64,000 bases of DNA from Adineta vaga (lineage: Eukaryota > Animalia > Rotifera): assembly GCA_021613535.1 (NCBI GenBank), contig CP075492.1, positions 12,338,001-12,402,000 on the forward strand. Reading direction: 5' to 3'. How positions within the stretch are numbered: position 1 is the stretch's first letter; the number at the start of each line of letters is the position of its first letter. The notes under the pieces are model-generated. The model was not told where the DNA came from, ran no database searches, and saw only the letters and a list, made by a program, of their open reading frames with translations. Positions 13,088 through 34,911 of the stretch are shown piece by piece. The translations under genes and the position numbers were made by a program.

Positions 13088-15970
13088 CTATAATAAAGAT
13101 TCAGATATTGAAGATGATGATGACATTGATAATTGAGATTGTGCTGATAATAAATCATTTTGTAGAAGTGATTCCGGTATATTTTTCATTGTATAAAATA
13201 ATAAGCGTTTCGCACGATTTGTTGTTTCACTCAATGTTATCAATGTCCACGTTGTTCGATCAAGTATAACAGACCATGGTCGTTCAACATGTAAAATTTT
13301 ATTGGCTTTCAAATATTCATTTCGTCGGATTTGCCAGATACATGAGGCATTATAATCCGCAATTAACCATCCACCAAAATGATCTGTACTTACTTTAAAT
13401 CCTGTCACTTCAATTTGTCGTAATAAATTCAATTGATAATCAAATATAAGTAAAGCAAAATCACATAGAACAGCTAAATGTTCTGTAAGATCATCCGCTT
13501 CGATATCCCAAATAGTTGATGATTCAAGTATATGTTTACATATCGATTTTAATTTATAATCATAACGTTCAAGTAAAAATTGTGGACGATCTTTGTAAGA
13601 TGAACGAGTATAGGATGAATTAAATGTTTTCGTATTTGATGCTGACCGAAGTTTATATGTATGAAAAACTGATGAGCAACATGATGTAATACGTTTTGGC
13701 CAATCACCATTGATATCCACAGTATTGATAATTTTACTGAATGAACGATTGCATATTATCTAGAAAACAAAATTAAAAAAAAACGAATGAAAGATTTTCT
13801 TTTTCGGTTAGAAATTTACAATTTGCGTTTGTGTTGCTATAACCCATGTATTGGTAGATTTTGACCATGATAAATCAATAATGCCATCATATGGCCATGA
13901 AAATGATAGAAGAGAAGTATCTGGTTTAAATAAAACAAATTGTTTATTAAGTTGATGATAAAGACATAAGTGTTGACTTCCACTAATTTCTAGAAAACGC
14001 CAAAATTCATTTCCTAAATCAATTATTTGTGTATAAGTAAATTCTAATTTTTCAAATAGAGAAACATATTCATTTCGTGATATTTGCTCATAGAGATCGA
14101 TAATCGTTGTTTCTTCATTAGTTTGTTTATTTGAACCGTAATCATCTAAGATAAATGAACTATCTATTAAAGTAACAAATACAATTTCTTTCATACCTGA
14201 ATCAGCAAATGAAACAACAGTTATTCCTTGTGCATCCGTTGTTGGTCTCCAACCATTTTCTAATAGATTCGCCCAATGTTCTTGTCCAATTTCTAACCAT
14301 GTACCATTTAAATTCGAATCTGTTGCATCGAGATGTCTTCGTAGATGTAACTGCGTACCTCGAATATCATCTGTCGAATGACGAAATGATAAACGTTGTG
14401 AACGATGTCTATGTAAATCACCTCGATTATATATATCTTGTTTCATGTTTGATGTTGATGTTGTTGCTGATGATGAACAACCATACATTTGATTATCCAC
14501 CGCACGTAATTGATTACCTTCCAATGTTTTCGAACGATATTTTCGATCTCGTGTTCGATTAGTTGTATTTGTTTCGTGACTACGTTGTCGTTGTTGATGA
14601 CCAAGATTATTTTCTGTTGTTTGCGTTGGAGGAATAATTCGTTCGATTGGAATATTAATTGGTTGAAGAATTTCATTCGTTTTCGGTGGTGGAGATGGAG
14701 AATCATCATATTTATAACGTAAATTTTTTCGTACTTCACGTAATCGTTGAAAACGTCTCATTGAATCATCAAATGATTCAAATGAAAAAGGTTTATGATC
14801 ATTGTTAATTGACGGTGTTGGTGTCGTTTCATCTTCTTCTTGTTGTTCAGGTAAAACATTGGTTATAATACGAGCATGTCGTCGATTCTTATCATCTGCA
14901 TGTGTTGGACGTTTTGATTGAAATGTTGTACTTGTTTTTGTTGTTGTTTGTTTCGCTTTCGCATCATACGAATATTCAGCATGATCAAGGGATTGTAAAG
15001 GTGTTTGCTAAAGATATATAAAAAAATCCAGGTAAAAAACAAGCTTGATTCCTTACAATAAAAACGTTTTTAAACCTATTATCAAATATTCAATATTTTC
15101 TTTCTTTTCTGGAATTTTTAATCGATCGAAAGCCTACTCTATTTGGTGAGGTAAAAGAAAGTACTCGAAAATGATTTTGACTTTTAATCAATCATGCGAA
15201 TAAAATATTTTCATTTATTCAAAAGAAATGAATAGAGAATCAGTTAGATAAATAAAGGCGATGATGACGTTATTGTTAAGATAAAGAAATATGAAAGTCA
15301 AGACATTTACATCGAAAAGATAAGAGATTCGTATTTATATATAACTTCTAAAATTAAACAAGTAAATTACCTCATCGGCTGATAATGATGATGAAGAACA
15401 TTGAGGACTGGTACAGATTTCTAAAACACGTTTTAATTCTAAATTAAGATCGTTACTAGTTGAAGATGAATCATAATTTTTATGTACAGCTGTTTTCGAT
15501 GATGATGATGATGATGTTGAATGATCTGTATAACGTGATGTTTCAGCTAATTTATCCTGTCGAAGATTTTCCGATGATAATTCACCAATATTATCCTTAG
15601 CAATATTTCCAGCTAAAATTAATTTTGATTGTTCTAATTCTTCACGAATAGATCTTAAACTTGTTGATATACGATCAATTTCACTTTTATTTAAATAATC
15701 TAATGGTTCACTTTGCCAACGTCGTTGTTGTTGTGCTCGTTTACGTTCGGTTTTTTCAACAAATAATTGAGTATCAAATTCGAGTCGTTCGAATTTATCT
15801 AGAAGAGTTTTTTCTAATTCACGTTGTCGAGCTAGAAGCCGTTTTATGGCTGCTTCTCGCCAATGTTCTAATTTTTTAATCGCACGTGTTCGAAGTGTTG
15901 GTAAATCATTCAACATTGATCGAAGCTTATGAACCATTTCTTCGTTTGCATACTGTTGACGAATCGTCAT
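13088..15970 (-). CDS. N-terminal coiled-coil, disordered linker and C-terminal degenerate beta-propeller (NHL/WD-like) protein
   Basis: Exons ~15970-15371, 15007-14197, 14146-13820 and 13759-13088 join at GT-AG sites. The N-terminal helical KLEHWREAAIKRL segment resembles a B-box-associated coiled coil. The C-terminus has blade-like motifs (IIDLSWSK, IWDIEAD, GWLIADY, ERPWSVIL). Confidence 0.7.
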
Positions 15971-17855
15971 TGTTGTAATCTTTCTTCTGTCTATTAGTTA
16001 ACGTGCTTTCTATTTTTCTTCTAATGTTCCATTTCAAAAACAAAATACGCAAAGTAAATAATCGATAATAACTAGAAAAAGAAAAATCGGACATAGACAT
16101 TTCTACTCCTACATAGTATAAGTAAACAATATATATTATATGATCAATTCCTATTAAGATCATAATTGTTTCTCTCTCTATAGAAGAATTGATAACCTAA
16201 GCCAGATTAGTACTTACCACAAAGTGAAAACAACTACGCTAATGATGAAATGCAATCTCACACTTGTTCTCAGGTGTTTGCTGTCGGCTACAAAACTAAG
16301 CAGTCGTTTTGTTTGTCTGTTTTATTTTGTTGAAAAGAAAGAAAACGAGAGAGAGAGAATGAGGGGAAGACAGAAGAAAACAAATCTCGTCTTCTCCTCC
16401 CTTTTTTTTCTCTTCTTAAGTGTAAGGTACTTTTTTTATGCTGTATTGCGTCGTCGAACAAGAATAACAACAAATACCACTTCCACCATCAGTGGTTGGC
16501 GGCTTTTTCTCTTCACTAACTATACCGTTCTTCCTGACAAGAAATAAATAAATAAGCAATAGGTGCAAAAAAATAAGAGTTTTTTTTTTCGTACTTGTGT
16601 GGAAAGAGCATATAAAAAACATCTCATCTTTTTTTTTCTCTTTCTCTTTCTCTTTCTTTTAAGTACAGATAAGACGTACATAATATACGAAAGGTAAAAT
16701 TCGTGTGCATGTTTATAACCTTTACTAAAACTTGAAAATGAAAATTAGCATGACGAATGATTTTTTTACTTGTCGAATTCATTGATTTCTTTTCTTCTTA
16801 GTTACAAATATTGAAAGAAAAACTCTAATAATCATTTTTCTTTTGAAAGCAAATTCATGTACAATAGTCTTGCGTTTTTTTTTTATCAAAAGAATAAATT
16901 TATTTTCAAAGCAAAAAAACAAATATATATCACGATAAAGAAACGAGAAATGAATGTATGACGTCGAAGGTTACTTACCGCAATAGCAAATAGAATTACA
17001 AAATCAAAAGTAAATTCAATAATAATAACCACAAATAGATCTTGGAGTTTACTTTGATCACTGATATTCAAAAAAGGAATTGATTCAAATCAAGAAATTT
17101 ATTAACGAGTTTTTTCTTCGAATCGTTCTCTTATTGATTCTACATGTTCATGTGTGGCTTCTTTGTAAACAAAACAATACAATGTATTTTTCTTTTAACC
17201 TTCACTTTCATCATTCAATCGCTGAAGAACATCGAAAATTTTCTAATGAAAAAAAAAGAATTGAATCTCAACACGTCATAACTCACGCTTAAAATAAGAT
17301 GTTTTCTTTTCTATATGAAAGAAGGAAAAAATCAAATAACAGTTGGCATATACAAAATATAATTGTATGCCATACATATGCAAAACAAGCTTTTGTTCTC
17401 TTGATCAAAGTTCGATTATATTGAACTCGTTTTTTTCGCTCGCTCTCTTGTCAAATTTATTCGATGAGAAGATATACGAATGCAAACGAACGAATAATGT
17501 TCATTGAAACAGATCAAATGTCAACTTCATATTGAAATTTAATGCATAGATACCTTTTCACTAAATAAATACAGTTAATGCTAATATCAAAGTAACAGAA
17601 CAGATGGATCGAATCAATCATACGCAATACAGTGGTCCCATACTGCGATAGTTTATATATTGAAACCTATTTTGATTTTCATTACAATAGTCAAAAAAGA
17701 AGAAGAAGAACGAGCAGAAATAGTTTGTAAAAGTCGATATCAATGGGAGATAATTTTAAAAAAATGCACATACACACAACAGCAAAAACTAGTAAGAACT
17801 GAGATTAAAAATATAAGAAAAAAAAAAAGAAGAGTTGAAATATTCATGTCCTGAA

Positions 17856-20142
17856 TTATAATTTATTGTCATCATTACTACTTTGTTGCAAATTCATTTT
17901 AAGAATGTCATCTTCTGTATTCCCTGTTAAAGATTCTCCTTCACCTGCAACAACCGTCGATTGCTTAGTTCGGAAACTAAATAAACATTGAAATAAATAT
18001 CGAGAAATCTATAGGAAATCATTTGTTTATTTACCCGATTATACCCATACGTTCGACTTCAGCGACCGTTTGTGGAAGTGGTTTGTGTAACGTTTCCGGA
18101 AACATTAAAGCAAGAACGGCAGCCGAAAGTGAAACAATACCGTAAAGAACTATGGGTAAATAAAGCCAAATACGTGTCTGAATAAAGGCGGAAAATAAAT
18201 ATTCATGTTTTTCTACTATTCTCAACTTACTAAATAATCATTGCAAAATGTACCAATAATAGCGCCAATACGGGCAACCATTGAACAAATTCCCATGCCT
18301 GTATTTCGAACATTAGTTGGAAATAATTCATTGGCATAAATATAAATAATCGCATAGGATGCTGATGCAAAAAATTTCAATGCAACATTAATTATATTCA
18401 TGAGAGTTATTTGAGCTAGAATTTGCAAAAGAAAAACATTTCATTCGTCTCCTTCTTTTTCGTAACAAACCTGAACTATCTTTTGTCATGAATTTTTGAA
18501 CGGGTATAGCAAGAAGTGCAACTATACCGAATAGAATTGCAAATAGACAATAGGGTTTCTTTCGGCCAACACGATCGAGTATTAAATGAACGATTACATA
18601 GGCAGTCAATTCAACCAAAGCACTGACAGTAAATGATAGATATGGATTTAATTTCCATGAACCTGTATTTTGTGAAACACCATAAAACACAAGATTTTGT
18701 ACGAGCCTTAACGAAAAAAATCGAGAATTATTAATTTTGTTTTTGTTTTGAATAAAATCAAACTTACCATTGAAAGAAAAGATTAATACTGATAATAAAC
18801 ATAATTTTTGATCTAAATAAAGTCATAATACCTGCTTGATTTTGTTTATTTCCTATATTCTATTTAAAAACAAAATATTTTAAACTAAAAGATATGTTTC
18901 TTTTGTCTCGAGAAACAAACTCGTTCTTGTTCTTCTTTCATTTGTTGATAAGCAACTTCATTGAATGGTCGTTTATTTTCTTTTGCAATATTTCGTAAAA
19001 CTTTTTCAGCATCATCAAAATGTCCTTTACTAACAAGCCATCGTGGACTTTCTGGTAGAATACTAAACGATAATTTTCATTTGTTTTTTTCTGTTTCAGG
19101 TTGACAATCTTTACTTACAAATAGAACAACATGAATGGAATAGTAAAAATCGAAATAGCCCATGTTAATGTTCTCCATGTACGAATAAAAAAAGCAAAAC
19201 CAACAAGAAAGAATTGACCAAACGCAAAAAAATATTCAATCACAATTCCAGTTAATAAGCGTTTACTTGGACCGACTAGAAATTATGAATTTACGAATTG
19301 ATCCATCTATGAGAAGAATTCTTATTCTTACCGATTTCTGAACCGAGTACAAAACCAGATACAGATATACCTCGTGTTGAACATGCTAATAAAAATCGTG
19401 CAAAGATGAAAATTATATACGATGGCCAAAATCTTAATGATTCTTGTGGACCAAATGCACAGAGAAATCCCGAAAAAGTCATTAGAATAAAACTAACACT
19501 CATTATTGGTCGACGCCCGTATCTGTAAAATAAACAAAAAAGCAAATGATTTTATAAGATCTTCATATTTATATATTCTTACTTGTCAGCTAATATGCCA
19601 AAAACGATTGAACCCACCATATAACCAAAGAAGAAAATCATTTGAACTGCTGAACGATAATTAACTCGATCACAGACCATACTCCACTAAAAACAAACCA
19701 ATCAACAGAATACGAGTTATTCCATCTTTATTTAATAGATAATCTTTACTTCTTCGACTAGCGTTTTTGTATAATGAGTTTTATCATAAACATAATTTTC
19801 ACAGCTTTCTAATTGATTCAATGATTGATTTTCATGGCGTAGAAAAGTTCTTCGTCGGTAACAACGTTGACATTCTTTGAGTGATAAACCATTTTGTTCC
19901 TTATTACATTGATATGCCGTTGGTTCATATTCCAAGTGAAATATTTGGTTGGATGAATTTACATAACTATCCTTCGATTTCAAAACAGGATTTCTACATC
20001 GAAAATCTGGTGTTGCTGCAGTAAATGTATATGTATAGACCATAATTGGTGGTAACATATAAGTCAAACATATAAGAGTATATTTCACTTTTTGAAATTT
20101 ACCCCAATCACCAACTGTTTCAAGAAATGTATCGAATTTCAT
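17856..20142 (-). CDS. SLC22-family organic cation transporter (MFS)
   Basis: [17 protein letters not shown], a large Cys-containing first loop, [43 protein letters not shown] and FPET. About 10 short introns; stop at 17856-17858. Confidence 0.93.
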
Positions 20143-20395
20143 CTACAAACAAACGAAAAAGTAATGCAGTTGGAAAATATTGCGATATGGAATGACTAAA
20201 AAGGATAAAATGACTAGTACATATATAAATAGACACTAAAAAAAAGCAATAAAAGAAACAAAGTGAGAAAGAAAGAAAGAGAGAATGAATTGACTGTATG
20301 TGCATGGAAACTTTGATTATGAAGAATGACAAAAGGTAGACACTAAACATATGTCAGGAGATACAACATATAGAATAAATATTGACTAGAAAGTT

Positions 20396-27858
<7,463 letters not shown>

Positions 27859-27919
27859 TTTATCGTAGGTTTTTCGGAAAAAAAAGATTTATGGAAAAAT
27901 AATAAACAGAACGTTTTTT

Positions 27920-27946
27920 TGATTGGCTTTAAAATCAACCAATCAG
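27920..27946. promoter_or_regulatory. Pair of oppositely oriented CCAAT boxes in a putative bidirectional promoter (Synj / NHL gene)
   Basis: tgattggc at 27920-27927 and aaccaatcag at 27937-27946, inside the 321-bp gap between divergent start codons at 27858 (-) and 28180 (+). Confidence 0.5.
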
Positions 27947-28179
27947 ATAACTGCCGAGAAACTTAATTAAATATTATCAATAAAACAAAATTCTATTTGA
28001 ACGAATCATGTTAAAAATGTTTTTAAATGAAAATGAAATAGAAATTTTCCAAAAGAAAATCTATGAGGTCACTAGCTTTGCTGTTTTTCGTTCTATGGAT
28101 CGTCATTTATTGAATTCATTATTTATATTCTTGTGTATGTGTGTTGTGTGTGTGTGATTATATTTACAGTTAGATAGTC

Positions 28180-29894
28180 ATGTCGAATACAGTAACTGAA
28201 AATCAAAATTCATCAACAAGTGAAGTTTCGAAACAAAAATTAGATTCGAATGATGGATATACAGAAAGACAATTACAAAGTTCATTTCAACCATCATCAT
28301 CGACAGTAATCCTTTGTTTAAATCTTTTTGTTGTTTTTTTTTCTGTACTTTGGAAAATTTTTAATTAGAATGTGGAACACGTAACGGATCAATTACAATC
28401 ATTGAATGTTGCATCGAAAGTAACTATGCGAGTATGTGAATTATATGATAAAAACGAAATGGCTATGTATGAGAATATTTTTTGATTATTTAGTCTGATG
28501 CTCCACCATTTACGCCATCATCTGAGGCAACAAAAGTATCGGCAAAGGATGATTCGGAGAGCAAAATCAAAACAGAATTAGTATATGATTTGAAAAAATA
28601 TAAACATGATTACTTTATATCGGAACTTTCGTGTAATTTCGATCGAGAAAATAGCAAATTTGGCGCACCAACAGGAATATGTGCCTTACCTGATGATCGT
28701 TTATTGGTGGCAAATTTTGATCGCGATTCGGTTTTACTTCTCGATATTAATGGTGTTGTTCATCAAATTTTCAAAGATTTACCAACACCAAAAGCAGTTA
28801 TTTACAATTCAACTGGCTCAGCACCACAAGCAGTTGTTGCAACAAGAAAAGAAGCAGTTATTTTAGATTTAAATACCAATAAAGCTGTTACCAGAAGTAA
28901 AATCCGAGGATTTTATCCATGGAATATTCAATATATTCAAGAACGAGGTGTTTATGCCGGTAAGTTATCTTCAATCGCCATTTTCATTTTCTAAGCTCAA
29001 CCGATATGTTGTTATTATGCCCTTATAACCTATGAGTTCTTTTGATTGATAGCTATTGTATATACTAGTATCTATCAACAAGAAAATACTGAATTCTATT
29101 CAATGTTTTTTTTATACTTGAATAGCAAGGTCTTCTTGATAATCGAGATATCGTGTATAATGATACTCAGATAAACATCATATTAACAATCTTCGAAGAG
29201 TTTATAGAAATTGTATCATTCTATTTTCTTTATCACAGTGTAACGTTTATAAAAGTATTATGTTACTAGTTTATAACATTATTTTCCAATGCAATCTTAC
29301 AAATGAAGGCCATTGCTTTCGGTATTCTTATTTTGTACATAAAAAAAAGTCTATTCATGTTTATTATTCTAACTCTCCTTTCTTCTAGCATGTGATCCAT
29401 CCGGTGAACGCATTGTTTTTCTTGATAATAATCTTGCTGAAATCGGTGTTTGGTCATTTCATGATTCAGCTCAAGATCACTTACTTCAAACAACACCTCA
29501 ACTTTATCAAAAAGTTTATCCATATGCGGCTTATTTCTTAGCAAATGATACATCATTTGTTTTAACACACCGTCAAGATAAATGTCATCTTCATGAATAT
29601 GATGATTCTAGTGCAACACCGAAATCAACATACAATATTCCTCAATCATTACAATCGTATTCGATATTTGTTGATAATGATAAGAAATGTTTAATACCGG
29701 ATAAATTAAATCATCGTTTGGTTTCTATTGATAAAGATTCGAATATTGAAGAATATAAATGTAAATCAATTCAAGAACCTTATTCCATCACATTCTTATC
29801 AACAGGTACATTGTGTGTTACGGATTGGAATAAATCGCATGGAACAAGTGGTGGTATATCAGTCATTAGTGAAGTCAATTTAAAACAAAAATAG
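28180..29894 (+). CDS. NHL-repeat (6-bladed beta-propeller) protein
   Basis: FGAPTGICALPDDRLLVANF, LPTPKAVIY, FYPWNIQY, SYPYAAYF, CLIPDKLNHRL, EPYSITFLSTGTLCVTDW. Exons ~28180-28304, 28369-28419, 28494-28959 and 29389-29894. Confidence 0.85.
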
Positions 29895-30547
29895 TCAACA
29901 TTGATGAGCAATGATTTTCCAAAAACACATGAAGACATCACTCTTTTTCTCTCGCTCTCTTTCTATTCATAGTATGTAGTCATTGGATTATTTTAAGCAA
30001 AAAAAGAAAAAAAACCCTATTACTTATCTCACTAGTCTCATTGTCAACATAAAAATTTCATGTTGATATGACGATAAAAAAAATTAGTCTATTACTTCTC
30101 TTTTTTTTTCTTGCATCTATTTACGTCTATAGTCATTTTTCTTCTCGGTTCTTATGATTATGATTATTATTGTTGTTGTTCTAGTTATTGTTGTTGTTGT
30201 TATTTTTTTTGTTATCTACGTCATTTTTTTTTGGATATCTATCATCAACAGAGAAAAAAGAATAAACTTAAGAAAATATTTCTTTTTCGATCGGTCTGCA
30301 TGTTTATCAGACGATGGGAAAGCAGACAGCAGCAGTAATAATCGAAGGTTTTTTTTCATAATATTGATAATGAAATCATTTTATACGAGAAATTGTTCAT
30401 ACTGTGAAATGTATTTGATATTTTATTTCCGATATATGATTTATATATGAAGAAGTTTCTAAGCACACTCAAACACACTCACACAAGCATATGCATAAGT
30501 TCTATAATCGCTATACTGTTTCAGTTAAAAAATTGAACACCATTGAT

Positions 30548-32298
30548 TTAATGTGAACAGAAGGTTTTTAAGAAAGCCATATCATCTAGAACACATTACA
30601 AAAGAAATTGTAGTTTTGCGAGAAAAGAAAAATGTATCAAACATACCTTTATCAAGACCAAGACATGTACCCCATTCGTCAGATGATATCTTATTATCAT
30701 TATTAATATCACAATGATCCAAAAATGGTTGAATACAATGTTCGAGAACTTTAAGTGATCGAACAAAACGAGCTATTTCTTCACTGTTAACCGCACTATA
30801 AATTAATAACAAGACAAAGTTTCTTGCTTTCAAAGTCAATACCATCCAACTTACTTATCATGAGTTTGATCAAGTTCACAGAATTCCCAAAGGACAGCAT
30901 TACGCCACCATTTTTCTGTATTTGATAATTTCATTTTACGTGCTTCATCGACTAAGACAGCATATTTAGCATCGAGATCTTTTCGAATAAACTAAAAACA
31001 AAAGAAGCAATGAAACAATATGTCATTTCTTACATACCAATGCATCGAGAATTTCACCAAGCCAAATATTCATTCGTTTAGGAAAAACTTCCAATTCAAA
31101 ATCAGTACAAATACCAATATCTATTAAGCAAAAATTATATTGAAATATCACTAGACTATATTATCTTACTTTGACATCGTCCAAAATAATCAATTGAATC
31201 TGTTAAAGCTTCTTGTCTTGAACAACGTTCATCTTTCTTACGACACCAACATTGCATTTGAAAGAATTCACAATCCGATGTGTATGTATGATTTGCTTTT
31301 GTACAAACCTACGATTAGATTAACAAAGTTTATCTTTAACGGAATAGATTTCTTTCTTTCTTTTCCGTACCATCAAACGTTCATCTTTAGGATCTTCACA
31401 TTGTGAAATACAAGCACATTCAGCATCACCATCTTTATTTAAAATACATGTTTCACCATCTCGACATTTTGTACTTGCACATCGATCTATGATTATACTC
31501 ATAATTCTAATATTCAATCAATATGAATATCTACCTTGAAAATCATTTAAAATTTTTGCATCATCAGTTTGTACAGCTCCATTTTGTACCTCAACTTTGA
31601 TTTCTGATTCTGCCTGAAGTATGAAAAGAAATTACGATTATTTCGAGACATTGACCAGAACAATGTGGAATGTTCCTTGACATATCAATTCTTCTTTCTT
31701 TTAACTATTCCAAGAACTAATCCATATCTATGATGCAACTACATAGTAATGGGAAAGGAAAACTCAATATAAACAGCAATTATCTCAAAGAAAAATCATG
31801 TTCAAAATTCTTTTGTGGTTTTCTTAGTCATATGTCAAAAGAATTTTTCTTGATGAACGATTTGGAGGCGTATATCTGTCAGCAGCTGAGATATATTTAT
31901 TTAACATTTTCATTCGAAAAAGTCATTGGATGTCGCTTTTCTCTCTCTCTCTCGACGTATATATATATAATCATCGTATATTTTAATAGATCTTATAGTA
32001 TTGCGTTGTTGTTTTTTTGGCATGTGATTAGTGTTGTTTCTATCGAAGACAGAAATATATCTATCATTTAATTATGAGATATCATCGAATCAGACGTATT
32101 CGTATGACCCGTCTTTGTCCCTCGATCTCAAGATACTCAAATAACCTAGTTTAGAAAATGATGCATAAGAATGCAATTGTATTGATTAGAACATATTTGA
32201 TTTTTATTATCAATAGTATATTGACTTACTCGAATGAAAAATAATTGTTGACATGAAAGAATAGTTATTAAAAACAAAAGAAACGATTTTGATGCCAT
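30548..32298 (-). CDS. SPARC: SPARC/osteonectin (follistatin-like + EC calcium-binding domain)
   Basis: Signal exon MASKSFLLFLITILSCQQLFFIR|AE; FS domain CASTKCRDGETC...CACISQC...VCTKANHTYTSDCEF; IDYFGRCQ; ELEVFPKRMNIWL; VLWEFCELD; LEHCIQPFLDHCDINNDNKISSDEWGTCLG. Confidence 0.93.
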
Positions 32299-34026
32299 AT
32301 GAATATATATTTTCTGAATTAAGACGAGTTGTTAGATGCGTATGTATGTGTGTGTATATTATTGTTGGATAAGAAAGAATGATGTTGGGAAAAAAGTCTT
32401 TACCGGGAGAATATTTTTCTCCTCTCTCTCTGTCTCTCTTTTCCATAGAAGTAGGCGAGTACACAAAAAAAAGGATAAGGTTGATTGGCACCCCTTTATC
32501 AACGATATCTCTCGTTCTCTCGTTTTTTTTCCTATGGATTATGCGAGTAGTATCGTATCCTAGTAAACAATCCGTATGTATTTGTGTATACTATAGTTAA
32601 TGTAAGAATGAGACCGGCGGACAGACAGACAGACAAAAAGACCAATAAATTGACAATCTAGGCATTCGCCTGTTCTTCGATGTGTCATAACCTTTGTATA
32701 CTGAGCAAGCATTAAATAAGCAATTTAGTTGATTAGATGAATAAATCAGCTTTAGTAACAGATGAGAGATAAGTGTCGTATGAGAAAGAATATTTCTAGC
32801 CTTAGAACTGAGGTCATGGACAAACTTATATATATGAATAATTTTTTTTATATCAGAAACATCTGTAACATATTGTAGTATATCCAACAAATAGAGAATT
32901 ATCTATTTTATGAGAGTTTTAGATTAGATAATCAATAGATGAAGAAGTTAAATTAGTATTAAGTATATCATCTATTCAATAAATCAAACTCGAAGTAATA
33001 CGAGGTCAACGGAAAAAATCTTCAGCACGTTAAATGTCATATTAGCATAATCTAATCGTTATCAAAACAAAAAAACGCGTTGATTGATTCAATAATCAAT
33101 ATAACATTGATATTCTAAAGAGAAGAAGAAGAAGAAAAAACACAAAACAGAATCTGAATTTGATGAATATCAACCGCAGAAGATTTTGACTATTGTCACA
33201 GAGTCATTAATAGAATGTCAGACTCTCTGAGCAACAATCAAAACGTCATGACGGTTTGTTTGTCTTGTCGAACGATCTAAACTAAACTAAAAAGAAAGTA
33301 CATGAACTTCATTCGTATTTATACTTCATCGGAATACACATAAAAAGAGATTCATTGTTCCATTTGTTAACTGATGGCAACAACTGACGTTTGATCACAC
33401 ATCTCTGCATTTAAATGATGATGAAGTAAGAAAAAATGAGAGTGTGATTTTTTTATGTCGAAAAAAGGAGGAGAAGAGTACAATTATAGTTGATGATAAT
33501 AGGTGGTCACAGATGGAGATTTTTCTTTCTTTTTCTTCTTCTTCTATTGATCTACGGAAAAAAAATACAGACAAAGTATGGATGCGCTGCTGATGCAAAA
33601 GAATGATTTCAATCTGTATACTATTATTTCAAAAGCGATTAAAAATTAGCAATGTACTTTAGATTGATTGATTGTTTTTTTTTTGTTAGTCCTATGATAA
33701 TGAGAAGTGAATGAATATCTTTAGAAGCTTTTCATGCATCACATGGTAGACATAACTTTGTCGTTAACTGTCTAATGATTGTTGTTTCGAAATGTTTTCA
33801 CAAGCAACTGACTGACAAGGCTAATAGGATAGACTTACATGTCTATACATTAAAGAACAGTTGTATTATTTAGCCTTTAATGTATTTTTGGAAATATATC
33901 GTTCAAGAGATAATGTTATAAAAATTTCTCTCAATTAATCTTTCACGGTAATCTTCTATCGTCTGTAACTAACACAATCATTCATTTTCACAGTTAATTA
34001 AAGTAAGACTATTTACATCTCGTTCG

Positions 34027-34882
34027 ATGTCGATTAAGCAAACAAATAGTCAATCATATATACAAAACAGATATAGTAACAGTGGAACACAACGTACTTC
34101 TACTCGATCAATTTCAAAAGATAAGAAATCAATTGACATCGTTTCATCAAATACACAAATATCTGATAATAAAAATATTCTTTTAAAGAAATCAGCAAAA
34201 CTCATCGAATCATCCAAACAAAAACGATCAATTCCACCTGATAAACTCAAACTAATGCGTCATGTTTTCAATACAATTAGTAATTTTCAATCGAGTAAAA
34301 CGATGAGATTGATAATTTCTATGTGAAGATGACGTATTCTAGTGCCTATTGAACGTCTTACTGATGCTTTGATAGCATTAGATCATGATCCACGAAAAGA
34401 TATTCTCTATCAAGATTTTTTAATTGAACATCAATTGAATGAAACATTATCTGGTTTACTTGATTTTGAACATTTTGCATTACTTGTTCTCGAATATGAA
34501 GAAAAACTACGTTTAAAAGAAGAAGCAATTCGACGTCTTGATCTGAAAATAGCTTTCGAATGTTTCGATATAAATAAAGGTTAAATTCATTTCCATTCGA
34601 TTTTTACTCTACATCAAACAATAATCTCTGTTCTAGATGGAATGATTGATGCGAATGAATTATCTGAAATAATGAATATCTTAGATTTACCTATTACTGA
34701 TCAAGAAGCAAAAGATATGATTGATTTTGCTGATCATGATCGAGGTAAGTGACTTTTTCCTTTCTACTATAAATTAAGATTATATTTCCATTAAAAAAAA
34801 ATAAGATTCTCTATTATCTTTCGACGAATTTCTTACTGTTCTCACTCAAATCTCTGCAATCAATACGTTATCAACCAATTGA
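34027..34882 (+). CDS. Calmodulin-like EF-hand protein with basic N-terminal extension (4 exons)
   Basis: LDFEHFALL, DLKIAFECFDINKDGMIDANEL, EAKDMIDFADHDRDSLLSFDEF. The N-lobe EF loops are degenerate. Confidence 0.85.
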
Positions 34883-34911
34883 ATCATCTGTTTTTTATTT
34901 ATTCGATTAAC

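Noticed and set aside
1771-16220. AG acceptors just upstream of several ATGs as general evidence of trans-splicing
   Set aside because: For synapsin, the 2906 gene and the 15970 gene there are plausible upstream cis donors (gtaag), so ordinary 5' UTR introns suffice.
15927-17854. Several 60-107 aa ORFs in the intergenic region
   Set aside because: They are Phe/Lys/Ile-rich translations of AT-rich and homopolymer non-coding DNA with no domains.
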